A stretch of 61,549 nt of DNA, counting the filler, from Choristocarpus tenellus KU-1152 (lineage: Eukaryota; Protista; Phaeophyceae): assembly GCA_964200185.2 (NCBI GenBank). It is 13 parts of 13 records of this genome, joined end to end, with 100 filler letters (N's around TTAATTAATTAA, not from the genome) between each part and the next. Parts side by side here need not be neighbours in the genome. Positions count along the whole stretch, not along the records: positions 23,393 to 28,468 come from CAXNAD020011952.1; positions 28,569 to 31,367 come from CAXNAD020024650.1; positions 31,468 to 34,547 come from CAXNAD020022464.1; positions 34,648 to 39,071 come from CAXNAD020014606.1; 9 more parts are not named here. One strand, 5' to 3'. This document shows, one piece after another, positions 24,079-37,039 of the stretch. The notes under the pieces are model-generated. The model did not search any database. It saw nothing but the letters and a program-made list of their open reading frames with translations, and was not told the DNA's origin. Both the position numbers and the translations under genes were made by a program. Each line of letters begins with the position of its first letter. Positions within the stretch are counted from its first letter, which is position 1.

Positions 24079-26941
24079 GTGAGTTCATACACTCTTCTGC
24101 CCGCACAAGTGTACATTTCCATGTTTGGTCTGTGATTTTAGCACAGTAAGCTTTGGAGTAGGAGTGACATCACTACTCACACAACCTGACCTATCAGAGT
24201 GTGGGTAATGCGATGCGACATACACAACTCTCTCCCCAGTCTTCTCCCCACCATCAACCTTACCTCATACACACACTCGCTTCTCAAATTGATTAACGAT
24301 TCACCTTTAACCGAAAATCTTGAACTCCATTCCCACCACCATATCACCGGGACACGGTTGCCAGATCCCGTTCAAGATGATGGACTCCAATGATCCTCGC
24401 AGAAAGAAGGCCAGAGATCGTCAAAGGAGTATTGAAAGACTGAAGAAGAAGAGGATGGATGGACAATAGCCCCAACTCCTGCCTTTCCTTACCTATCTCT
24501 CTTGGAGAAGTGTCACCTGCAGTTAGATGTGCATTGTTTGTCCACTTTTCCAAGTTGCTTCCATTCAGTAACTGAGATGAAGATTCTTGCGCCCCCCCAC
24601 CCAACTTCATGTGTTGATAATGCCGTGGGAAGCTGAAGTCATGCCTGCCCTAGTATGCATTTTCTTCAGCATTACTTCACATTTGTCTGGGGATTATCCT
24701 GACCCGTGGTCGGAGACATTATCTACACACTGCACTACTTCCCATACTATTGTCTACTACTACAGCTAGCTCTTTCACTATGGCTTATTGCAGTGCATCT
24801 GTTTGTGCGTTGCTCCTCTTGAGTTGGGGTTAAACCATCCCAGCGCTTGTCACACTACCTCCACCCTCGAATCTTATGCTGGGCCTGACTCAGTGCAGGT
24901 CCGCAATGAAACCTTCCTATCTCATTCTTGGCTTGACGCTTTTGTGGTATCCCAAAACTACCCGGAACTATCTAACCTACACTACTAACACTTTGATCAC
25001 CACACTTCCACACCCCTCTAAATCACACTAGTGCATGGCTACTATTATTGGTAATGTAGAGAGGATTCATTTCAATGAATAGAAAGCCAAATCAATTTAG
25101 AGTTAGTTAGGCAGGTTTGGACCCTTCTGCGTTCTGAATAGTCTTTCTTACCCTATCTATGCAATACACTCTATTTCATTGCTTTATGTCCAGAATAGTC
25201 CACGCAAAATTGGTATTCCCCCACAACTTTCCGCACGCAAAGTGATGCCACAATTTACCAAAGGCTCTTTCAGTAATTCTATGAAATGGCGTATTCTTCC
25301 CCTTTCTTGGGATCCTTAAAATGCAACCCTGCCTACCTCTCCATTGGTTTGACTCTAGATGCGATTCTAAAGTCCGATACTGCACACAAAAAATATTAGT
25401 GATCAGGTGACAGAGGAAAATTGGATGGGTGCCATCGCACATACTTCCTGACTGAGCATTGTCCTGTACTACTTCAAATACTGTATGGTCACATATTGTT
25501 TGTAATATTAATGGTGTGATCTCTCACCCATGGTCGTCACAAGTATCGCAAAGGTTAAGAATGTGATACAATACAATACAACCTGGTAATACACCTTTCT
25601 ATGTGTTGTATATGCAGTCGTGTGTGTGTTAGGTGGTTCTTAAGTTTACAGTGAGGCAGACATAATAACAAAACTCCAGCATCAACATCCATCTTGACAA
25701 AGTGGACATCGAAACCTATCTTGTGAGCTTCTGGGTGATTTTGTTGTTTGCTGAGCTCTGTGACAGGACGTGGGCCTCCAGATGTGAAACACACTCGATG
25801 ACACCATGGTCCTTAAACTGCAGGGAAAAGTCTGAACTTTCTGGCCTTCTTTATCCATTTGGGGTTCCCTTCAAGGTCATGGAAATACAACTGGACTGCT
25901 TTCACCAGATCACCACAACAAAAGAATGATAGTTTCATGTTAGGCGAAGTGCTTCAGGTCTTCGACAGCGACGGCCTTGCTGATTTCCACATAATCATAG
26001 TTGCTTATTTCTGCTGGGCGAAAAATTAGTCCTATACAAACTAGGAGTTTGACCTCTGCTTTGATGGATGCTCAAGTAAAATCTTGTACATACCAAGGCT
26101 GGAAACGAGTTGGGCATCATGTACCCACTTGGACAACAATTTCAAATCTACAACCCCCAGAATATTACTATCGATGACATTCTAGAGCAAAGAATATTAT
26201 AAATCTACGAAGTACTACTTGCTGCTGTCCTCCCAAATACAAACGGCGCCCATTCTCCCAATCAAAACACTAGAAATAAACCCGAAAAAGTGTAATGCCT
26301 CATGCCCAAGGTCTCCATCAAAGATATAGGGCTCAATGTGCAAGCCCACAATATTTTTATCTGTTCTATTTTCGCCAAGTTACTCCAAACAAGGAGATCC
26401 GCCATATAGTAAGCTGACACAAAGGCAACCCTTGAAGGAAAAGCAGAAAAGGTGGTTAGGACATCCGAATGAACAAGGAAGGAGGTATCCCCGTATAGGA
26501 GGATATCACAGGGAGCAGTTAAGACTGCATACTACATGGAAAACAAAAACCAGACATAAGCGAGTAGACAAGTCCAGGCAATGCACTTGTCGACAAGCCC
26601 TTTTCACAGATTTATCAGGCTGGTACTAGTGCTAGGGGGCGCGAGTGTATCGGGGAGTTCGAGCCAGGTATAAACCACCACCCGAAAACACTCAAATGTC
26701 ACGGACAATGCATCAAGATGGAACACCCAATACTGCAAAGCATGTGCAACCCCATACACGCTATATACAAGAGACGCAGGAGGATATCCCAAGGAAGCAC
26801 ACATCTACACACACACGTGAGAATGATCTATATTAGGGAGGACTCTAAAATCCTCTTCCCACATAGTCCGGCTGTGCTCAGTATCTCAGTTAGCCCTTGG
26901 GAGGGATCTTTGTAATCCCATTTGCTGCACTTGACAACGTA

Positions 26942-28014
26942 TCACTCTCCAGGCAAGGTTGATGGGGCAATGTAGTGCTTCTTGACAAAGTCTGTGACAA
27001 TGGGGTCAGTAAGGTGCGGCGATTCATCTTGGGGGCAATGGCCTGCTCCAGGTAGGGTGATGAAATCCTGTCACATTGGGGATTGAAAACAGGAGTGAGG
27101 AGTCGAGGATTGGCAAGGGGAGGGGGCGATAAACTTGTGGCTCACTTGACCAATACTAATCACTATCAGTACCAGAAAGCACATGCAATGCAATTCAGAG
27201 TCCCATGATTTCTTTCCCTTTTTCATTGGCTTATCTCCCCCAAAGGACATCAGGGCGAGAGCTGGTGGTCCACTTTCATAACAAAAAGAGCACTTCCTGT
27301 CACAGTTGTGCCTTAGAGTTAAAAAAAAAAACTCACCCTATTCTATGCAACAAGCACTACTTATACCTTCATTGTTAGCCTATAAAAAGGCTAGAGCCTA
27401 GAAACCACATGTGCCCATCCCTCAGTGGTATATATACATAGTTGAAGTTTAGTGGAAAGTGCAACACAGCTTAGCAAGAAATCACCAACGGCATACTTTG
27501 AATACAATGTGTAGTTGGTGGTACATATAATAATAAATAGTGCTATACCACTTCACCATGCTTTGTTTACAGAATCTGGACATTTCCTCGATCCATCCCA
27601 AGCCTGTTCCCCAAAAGGTCCCTATAATATACGCTTATCAAAAACCATCACCCATGCTGCCTTTACAGTGTCCTGCATAGGAAACTGACATGAAAGGATA
27701 GCACCAACACTTCAGAGCACACAGGCCTTCTTGCAATTGGGTGCCACAAACAGCATGCAATTGGCAGTATATTTCTCGATGCAAAGCCCCCCTTGCATGT
27801 GCAACACTTGGATGTCCCTGCCTGCCCCATGTAAAAAAAAAAAGCTCTCCTTTTATGTTACCTCCACAGCCTCAAACTTATTGTACTCCCTCCCTTGGTC
27901 AATAGGCTCCCATGGGTCCTCTTCACCCCATCCAATCAACACTGGCACTTTGATGACCGCAAGTAGGTCCTCTGGTAGTGGTCCCCCCGAGTATGAAATG
28001 AAATCTAGGAACAC
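26942..28014 (-). CDS. Alpha/beta-fold hydrolase, pheophytinase-like family, last two exons
   Basis: Exons 28014-27862 (VFLDFISYSGGPLPEDLL...VLIGWGEEDPWEP) and 27067-26942 (DFITLPGAGHCPQDE...stop). The catalytic Asp (WGxxDPW) and His (GHCPQDE) motifs are present. Confidence 0.92.
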
Positions 28015-28737
28015 CTGAAGCACACAGGCAGGGGGAAGAGCAAGGACTGGGGTCAGGGTCACAGTAAGATTACGTTGAGACCGGGTGGCAAAAGCTGGAT
28101 GGATAAATTTGTCAAAGTTTGGAAAGTTGGTGGAAGGGTTGGTTAGAGAGCCAGGGAATAGACTCCTAAGTAGTGAAAAAACACAGCAAGGGTTAGGGAG
28201 CGTGGACAGGGATTAGATGGATAACCACAAGAGGCAGATAAATCTCAAAAAATATATATATGGGGCAAAACGGCAAAAGGGGAAGCTGTAGAGGTACACA
28301 ACTCTCCAGAAGACAATTAACTTCTAGAGAATTTTTTCGTTCTGAAGAGCTGGATGGTCAACCTTTGTTTCGAGAACGAAGTAGAAAAGATGAGACCCAA
28401 AGTACCTTGGGGGAGGGGGGAGGGGGGAGGGGGTGGGGGGGGGGTCTACACCAGGAGGGCGGAAGGGCNNNNNNNNNNNNNNNNNNNNNNNNNNNNNNNN
28501 NNNNNNNNNNNNTTAATTAATTAANNNNNNNNNNNNNNNNNNNNNNNNNNNNNNNNNNNNNNNNNNNNATGGTGATGGAATAGGTGAGCTACGCAAGAAT
28601 ATTGTTCTGTCCACTTCCCCCCCCCTCCCCTCCCCTCCCCTCCCCCCACATGCCCTACCACGAAATGCACTTCTGCCAATACATGTGACATGTGTATGTG
28701 AATATATGTGAAAATCCTTTACCTATTCATGGCACAG

Positions 28738-28843
28738 GGTGCTGTTGCATGAAGCCCGGCCATTGCGGGGAGAAGGACTGCCCCTCCTGCTGCCTATGCC
28801 TGGAGTCTTTCTGCTGCAACAGCTGTGCAGTCAGTGCAAACAG
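28738..28843 (+). CDS. Internal exon of a Cys-rich PLAC8-like protein
   Basis: cag|..CCCMKPGHCGEKDCPSCCLCLESFCCNSCAVSAN-AG|gtgag, matching the GxCGExxCPxxCLCxExxCC...VSxxR pattern. Confidence 0.8.
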
Positions 28844-31800
28844 GTGAGCCAACATAGGTTCTGGATTTCCCCCCCCCCACACTACCCACTACTTCATGTG
28901 CTCCCTTGTGAAAGGGCAGAAGGTGTGAGTGGCATTGAAGGGACGTATCATAGCGCGTTTTGGGGGTCTATTTGATCCATATACGTAGAGAATTGCAGTG
29001 AGCATCTCCTGCTCTGTTTTCACTCTTCAAACTCTCAGCACAATATTGTGCACGCAAGAACAAATCTCTTCAAAGAGCTCGAGCACTGCGATAGGTTGAA
29101 TTGTTTGTTAACCAACCAAGCCACCCTAGACTCTTTGAGTCTCTCATCGCAGGGCTTGCTTTGAAGGGGACTGGGGAAATCGGGGCGTCGATGTTCGTTA
29201 ACGATCGTATTATTCGTATGAGGTCCTTCAAGGGAATGTAAAGTGGTTTTTGGTTCTCACTCGGTGGTGTGACTATGAAAAACAAACCCATCTGCGGCAC
29301 GGTGGATTTTTTTATTTTATTTTATTTTTTATTTTAATTTATTTTAATTTTTATTGTATGTATCGTGGAAGGCTTCAAATTATCGTACTCATCTATAAAC
29401 CCTCCCCCCATCTTCAACCGGCGGCAGCCTCCCAATATTTTTGTTGAGGATTGATTTGAGGTGCGCATTTCAAACTTTTTTTTTTTCCTGCTGACAAAGG
29501 TCAATATCGACTCTCTCTATAGTAGTAGACTTGCAGCCTTTTTCTAGAGCCATGAGGTGTTTTATGCTGGTAGCAGACCTTAAGCGACCCTTCTTTAGAC
29601 CGCACTGCCCTTTTTTGATTTTGGAGAGAACTGTATGGGCATACGGATCCTCGAGTACATCAGCAGTAATCTGCCTTCGACGACGGAATGGTGTTAACCT
29701 GAGGAACCGTTGGAGTTGGGCAGTGTTATTGATGAACATCAGTTCATGCATGTTGATGAAGGTATAATTGACGTTGAGGTAGATGCTGCCCCTGCCCAGC
29801 AGCCGCCACCGGGTAATGATCAAGAGGAACCTGCCGACGCCCCTAGGGATGGACGACACCAGAGGGCTTAGGCATACAGTTCTCTCTGACATAGAGAAGT
29901 CAGTGTTGTAAATTTCCAGTCTGTGAACCTTTGCACCTAAATGTGTAAATTTCTAACAAGTTAAAAAATCTGTTTCGGGCATAGAAGAGTGAGCAGAGGG
30001 GATTTAATGATTCACGGGGGGGGGGGGGGGGGGGAGGGGGGTGAAGGTTGATAGGTTCTATCAGAACTGCACCTAACTTGCACTAGTGGAATTATCGAGG
30101 TAGGGGAAAGGACTACTAGTTCCACCCTATCGGAAATAAATATTATCCTTCATGAAGGTAGTACGTATCCACATCAATTTCTGATTGGTCAATTGGGTTT
30201 TTGTGCGCTTTAGGTAATGTGTAGAAAGAAAGGGTTAGGGTTAGGGTTAGGGTCAGAGTTGACTCAGAAGGTGAGGTATTTTTATTTTTTTCCCGTGAAG
30301 TAGGGGCATCGTTGGTGAGTATTATTGTGTCATTGGAGTACAGATTGGTTTGCTTTTTAGTTAGTTTGAAACGCACACAATTTCGATGACAGGGGCTTGA
30401 TTGACTAGCTTCAAGCCTCCACGAATCGTAATGACCCCACAAATAAGGGGTGTGGAGCATCTGTTTGTATATCCTCTTTTATTTTATTTTTGGAGCCATT
30501 GGAAAACGGTCAAGGCTTTGGATCCCCCAAGGGATACCTTTACGTATTTTTTTATTATTTTGGTTCTCACCGTTATTTTGACGGGATTTGTGGGTTTGTG
30601 AATGGAATGATATTTCGAGGGGACAAGCCTGTAAATGTAAGCCTTCAAGAGGTGAAGAAGGGGCACATACTTTCTACCCCTCCTACCGTTGTCTGGAATG
30701 GTAGAGGATGCATGGAGTACAAGGATATAGCGAGGCGGCTGCATGAAGGAAGGTAGTGCATCTCATGTGAACGATTTGCAGCTATGCGGAATATATTCCT
30801 GTATGTGAGCTTCTGGTGTACCACCCTCCTGCTGGTGGGCTTGCAATAGTATCGTAAGTGGAAGTCACTTTTGAGTGACTAGCCCAATGAAAGCATAGTT
30901 TCTACTCTTGACAATATGCTGAAATGCAGAACCATGTGAATCAGCAAGTCACTCCGGACTGATTCTTCACCATTGTGTATACTAGATAAGATGGGGAGGT
31001 CTCTGGTGTATTTTTCACCAAATTAAGAGGGAACTTCCGCTCTCATCTTTTGAGGTGATAATCAGTGATTTGTGTGGGTTGGTACATATTGTTGTAACGT
31101 TTTTTTGTGGTCCTGTGCTGTAAGTTGTCGTGAGATCCTTATTCTGATGAAATGTCTACCCAATGAATGAGCCTGCAATGATATTTTGCACTGGTCCAGT
31201 AAGTGATGCAATTTTCGCAATGGGTTCTCATTGCTGTGATCAAATACCTACCTAAAGTTGTCTGCTCTTCCTGTGATTTTTTTTTTTTTTTTCTTCCTTT
31301 GCCCCCCAGATTGGGAAAGCGTCGGGGAGGGGAAGAGGGTAGATCTCGGTGGGTCCCGTATCATTTANNNNNNNNNNNNNNNNNNNNNNNNNNNNNNNNN
31401 NNNNNNNNNNNTTAATTAATTAANNNNNNNNNNNNNNNNNNNNNNNNNNNNNNNNNNNNNNNNNNNNCTCACAAACCACCCCCCCCCCCAAGATACTTTG
31501 ACCCTATTCTAACAATTTCAATAAATATATAGTGCATAACAAAAAAACTTTCGCCAAACCACATTTTCGACGAACCCCACACACCTTCACTCATTCAACA
31601 ACAAACGAACAGGCAATATAGAGGATTCGTTGTCGCAGTTCTTCGAGAGGACCATACCCATTGCACCGCAGATGTAGGATGGCCAACCATCAGCCACTGG
31701 GGGATCTGGCTAACAATGGGAATGAACTCGTGGACTCCGGAGGGTAGACCCCAGGACATCCCAAGGGTAAGCCCAGGCCTCCATCACAGCTAGACAGACT

Positions 31801-32206
31801 CCAATGTAGCCTGTCCATTCTGTAATTACCACCAGAGCAAGGGATTAGCGCTTGAAGACTAGACATAGAGAAGCATATGGTCACCATATCCTTTCGAAAT
31901 CACACAGTTGCATTGAAATCAGAGACACGTGGTGTTCACCAGTTACACTGTAGCTCGGAACTGGTGATGCACACGTCCTTCCCCCAAGAGCAGGATGAAA
32001 CCTAACGACCAAGATCATGTCCTCTGATACGTCACTTCCGATCCGTATTGGAAATAAAAGATATTCCTTTCTGTTTCTGTTTCCAATCCCAACCCTAACA
32101 CCTGTCCCAACCCTAACCCTGTGTCTCCACCCCGTCACCATCCCTAACCCTTACAATCCCGAAATTATAGCAACACATGTTTCGCTCTTCCTTCATCCAC
32201 GCTCCT

Positions 32207-32467
32207 GAGTGAAAGTATCTTAGAGGGTACGAGTTTTGACCTGTTTGTCCATTTGTGGCTTGACTTCCCTCGGTTTTTTTTTTATGACATTTGCCTACTC
32301 CAAAATATTTCGGCGTAGGCAAATTGTGTATGTTATGAAAAGGTGTGTCCGGAACAAGGATATTGACACTTCCTAACAAACACAATAGCCGAAATTACTT
32401 CAAAATCGCAACATTGGATTTTGACCCCCAAATAGACATGGCTCTGTCCTCTAAGATACTTTGGCTC
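32207..32467 (+). mobile_element. MITE family A copy
   Basis: TIRs GAGTGAAAGTATCTTAGAGG / CCTCTAAGATACTTTGGCTC; TSD TCCT/TCCT. Confidence 0.93.
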
Positions 32468-33529
32468 TCCTCATGTCATTTTCCATACTTTACCGTACAT
32501 CAAACTATGGCGAAAGTTGCGGCGGTCCACATAACAACTTTTTTGAAGGCACACTCCTCCAATCCATCATCCTCGATTTTCCAACAACTCAAGCACAATC
32601 TCATATCCCCCGTAGAGAAGGAGGCCACAAAAATGGTATGTACACCTGGGAATATGTATAGACCTACAGAACATGAAACGTTGGGCATCCCTTTCACCAA
32701 AAACCCATCCTACACAATAGTTTACCGTACGACAGAACCCGTCAATCATAGTACATACATACACCAATATTTCTGGAGGTGACATATACCAAGCATTTAT
32801 TAACTGTTTCCAAAAATTCAGATGAAGGCACACAAGCTACCGTATGGTAGACTACCTCAATTCACTTCAACCTACGTGCCTCATGGGATGAATTCATAAC
32901 CTTTTTGATGTCGATCGCAAGTGTCCGCATACGCGAGCCACACCTTTTCAGGATATTCTAACCGAGGCGGTTTCGGTTCTAGATGTTTCCAACCCACCCT
33001 TGTCGATGTGTTGAACGCTGTGTGTCACCCAACACGAACACTTCATGACCAAATATTGTGCACGCCCCCCTCATCCGAACAAAGTGGCAGTGTTACCGAT
33101 ATTCACGTCATCAACGTCAAGCTCAAGTGTCCAAAGGAAACAAACACACCAACTCATTTCGTAACCTCATTCAAAATCCCACTCAGGAAACGGGGACTCA
33201 AGAGACTGCCCATGACCAGTGCCACTCGTTCGTGGAAGAAAACAAAAACGGACCAGATCATGGACCTCTTCATCTCCACGTTTGCCAACCATGATGGTCT
33301 ACAAGAGATGGAAGAAAGTGGCCGCACTTGGAACGACCTTGCCTCTTGGTTATTGGATGAGAAAAGCATATTTGCACCATTGGCGGGAGCGCTGCGAGTT
33401 GTGCTGGCTCGGGAAATCGCGAGTCCACACCCGATCTCCAGGTCGAGACATTCCTAGAGTGTCTAAAGAAAGATTTTAGCACCGATCACACCCGCCAGGT
33501 ATATAACTCCCTTCACATCGACACGACGC

Positions 33530-34456
33530 GCAGCATGCTAATCGCACATACGCAACTCTCCATCGACCGCACACTGTCCATGCACACTTGCAATCATCAC
33601 CCTCTATTTTGTGTAAGTCTACCAATCGGTAAACTTGCGCAAAATTCCAAGTTATCATTTCCTTCTCTCACATTAACGTCTGTCGTTTACAAACAATTGT
33701 TATAGGAACAGATAGCACATATATGATGTGCACGGTCCCCCCCACCCACAACAACTGGCCTCTACTTCCCACTGGCGACAGACTCGTCCCTCCCGCCCCT
33801 TGCCAACCCATACACTAAACACGCAATAAATATCATTGACCCATTACGTCAAATCCATGCCTACACTTCTTGTCAACACCATGCGCGACGTGCTAATCGC
33901 ATATCGTACTTCTCACTCGACTGCACACTGTCTGGAGTCAAAGTGTTTGAGAGGGTAGAGCTGCGTCCATTCAGGAGCCAAAATCCAATGTTATAATTTT
34001 GATTTAATTTTGACTATTGTGTTTGTTAGGAATTGTCAATATCCTTATTCTGGACACACCTTTTCATAATACACACATTTTACATACTCCGAAACATTTT
34101 GGGGTAGGAAAATGTCATAAAAAACGGTGGGAGAGAAGGCAAGTAGCAAATGGACAAATAGGGCAAAACTCGTACCCTCCAAGATACTTTCACTCTCCGT
34201 ACACACTTGCAATCATCGCCCTTTAATTTTAATAAGTCTACCAATTGGTAAACTCGCGCAAAACTCCAAATTATTGTTTTCTTTCATGTATCAAGAGGTC
34301 GGCCATGTACCCGTTGCTTGTTGCAGGAATACATAGCACATATATTACATACATGGTTCCCCCCCACTCACAATAATCGATCCCTGTTTCCCACTGGCGA
34401 CAGACTGCCCTCTTAACGCCCCTTGCTAACCCATACAATAAACACGCAATAGATAT
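33530..34456. repeat. Diverged tandem duplication (~355-bp period); second copy interrupted by a MITE
   Basis: GCTAATCGCA at 33537 and 33892. Shared downstream blocks: CACACTTGCAATCATC, AAGTCTACCAAT.GGTAAACT, CCCACTGGCGACAGACT, AAACACGCAATA. Confidence 0.85.
33935..34195 (-). mobile_element. MITE family A copy
   Basis: GAGTCAAAGTGTTTGAGAGGGTA...TACCCTCCAAGATACTTTCACTC; flanks TCTG/TCCG. The empty site is visible in the adjacent repeat unit. Confidence 0.9.
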
Positions 34457-34651
34457 GGGTCAAAGTATCTGGGGGGGGGGGGGGGGGGGGGGTGTGGGGG
34501 GGGGGGTCGGTTTTGGGCAAACCACTTTTTTTTTTTTTTGGCTTTAANNNNNNNNNNNNNNNNNNNNNNNNNNNNNNNNNNNNNNNNNNNNTTAATTAAT
34601 TAANNNNNNNNNNNNNNNNNNNNNNNNNNNNNNNNNNNNNNNNNNNNATTT

Positions 34652-34785
34652 GCACTGGTTGGTCATCAAATGGGGGGATGGTTGGCAATCAGTGACGAAG
34701 GGCATTCGCACCGGTTGGTCATCCAAGGGGGATGGCTGGCAACCAGTGACGAAGGGCATTCGCACTGTTGGTATTCAAATGGGGA
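34652..34785. repeat. Minisatellite, ~55-bp unit, ~2.4 copies (truncated by contig start)
   Basis: GCAC.GGTTGGTCATC.AA.GGGGGATGG.TGGCAA.CAGTGACGAAGGGCATTC repeated. Confidence 0.85.
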
Positions 34786-37039
34786 ATAGAGTATAGAGGA
34801 ATAAGAAAATAGGAATGTGCAAAATGATAATAATAATCCAGAATTCGTGAGCAAAACAAAATGATTATTTAACATTTTCTTTATATATAAGCCGTTGTGA
34901 TATTTATTTTTCCTTTTCCTTCGCACATCTCCAAAATGTGCAATGTACATATTTTAGTCTTTGGATACATGATATTATGTCAAGGCGATTTTCGAAACTT
35001 TGTATAAAGAGCGATTTTTTTTAGCGTTTGTCTCCCCTTGGAATTGGTTCTAGTTTAGTGATATTTGTGGGTGTATGGTAATCTGTATGTACACGATCTT
35101 GTGTGGAAATGTTTCACATCTTGTGAACGAAGGAAAGAGTTTTGTTTTTATTTTCTTGGCCTCCCCTTTCAAAAAGAGGAAAGAGTGTTCCTCACATCTA
35201 ATGATCAATATCCCCACCATATAATTCTTATTTTCATGTTCAAAAGATATATTTGATCAATGTTGGAACGACAAGTTCCCCAAACAAGGAAATATTCCTT
35301 CCTTCAGAATTGTAAGGAAGATGTTATAAGAAAAAAAAGGCATTTGTTGTGGAAAATTTAGAAAATCAAGGAGGTCGAAGGATATCCCTACACCAGAAAA
35401 ACACTACAAATGGTAGGTATTGCTCATGCGAGCAGGTCACCCAGCAAATAGGAGCCCCTGCTTCCACACTGTTGCCTTGACACCCTCCTATCCAGTCTTC
35501 ATAACAGCAAATTCGTAGTATAGGGTCTGATCTGTGCATTCCTGGGTCAAAGTTTCTTGGGGGGGGTGGCTTCCGTTCACCCTTTTTTCGATTTTCACTT
35601 TTTGGTGTGATTTGGTCGCACGTATCGGATTTGAAATGTGGGCAAAAAAAAGAAGACTGTTGGTTAGGTTCCTTTCTGTCCTTCCGTACGCAAGAGGAAT
35701 GGGAATATATGCCACCATTTATTTGGGTTTGGTTAGGAGTTTCGACGTTTGCATGTGTCGGATATCGAGTCTGTTCAAACAGGATTATTGGTTTATGTAT
35801 GTTGGTCGTGCAGTTACGATGAAGAATAAGAGATTTGTCATTGGTTGTTTCAGGGCTGGCTTTTGGTTTGTTTGGTTGCATGAGTGGGATTTGGTTAGCA
35901 CATAAAGAGGGCTGTTACTTAGGGTGTGTTTTCCCACTGTTAGGATGAGGAATTGAAAAAAAGACCATGGACAGTTGCGAGGTTGGTTTTTTCGTTCATT
36001 TGCTTGCATGAGTCGTGTCTGGTATGTACTCAAAAGAGGACTGTCAGTTAGGGCCTGTTGTCCTGGTGTGTGCATGAGGAACCAAAAACATGTATCATGT
36101 ACTGTTTTAAATGTAGTACTTTGTTTTATTTGTGTGCATATGTCGGATTTAGTATGTACACAAACGTGGTTGTCGCTGAGGGTGTTAGGGTTGAAGTTGT
36201 TGGTATCAAGGAAGGGAAAAGGGTCAGGTTTTGTTTTCGGGTTAGTGTACTGTATCTTTCATGTAATGTGTGGACGGATTCTGGAGGTGTATATGAATGG
36301 TTATTGGTCAAGGTCTATTGTTGTGCGCTTCTCTGAAAGTATTTCAAGATATACTTCCAGAGGTCCTGGGTTGTTGTTGTGCTTAGGAGCATCGTGCATG
36401 GACTTCGGTATGTGATCCTCGAAGATTCGAAGGAGGACGAGATCGGTTCTAGTTTGTCGAAACTTGGTGGACGAAGCATGAGATGGTGGATACAGTATTG
36501 AGAAGCAGGGAGGAGGTGTGTTGTAGTGTGTTCAAGGAATAATTGGTGACTTTGAAAAGGACAACGTATCCATCGCAGGTCTTGGCGAATTGTTTGGAGA
36601 ATCTTATTTGAAAAGATGGAGAAGAGTTGTTTAATTGATGTTTTATATTTAGTAGTCTAAACCTTGTATTGGAAACGCTCTTTTAAACAAATAATAACAC
36701 GGGTCTAATCCTGAAGATGAGTATGATATATGATATTATGCTGACGACTCTGACTGGTAGCAATGTATCCGATACCACTGTCTAAATGCATAACCCATTG
36801 AATGGAAAGTGCATGAACATAGTAGTTGGACACCAAGGCAAGGTGCACTGATGCACAAATCAGTGTACATGTAACTCGATCCCTACTTCAACAAAAAACT
36901 GAAACGACTGAACCCCTATTTCAATTGGTGGGTGGACTCGAAATTGTATTCTTCACCCTTCTCCCACCACTCTGCAAGCTTAAGGTATGCCTCGACAAGA
37001 AGGTGCCATAGATTTAGACATGTAGAGTATCTGCTGTTC

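Noticed and set aside
30570-30950. Possible PIF/Harbinger transposase relic (GICGFVNG); a similar echo at ~49050-49320 (SLVNGIHL)
   Set aside because: The catalytic Asp is not preserved and downstream motifs are unconvincing; needs an HMM search.
32921-33457. 178-aa ORF upstream of the 355-bp duplication
   Set aside because: May be repeat-borne coding sequence, but no family or splice structure could be supported.
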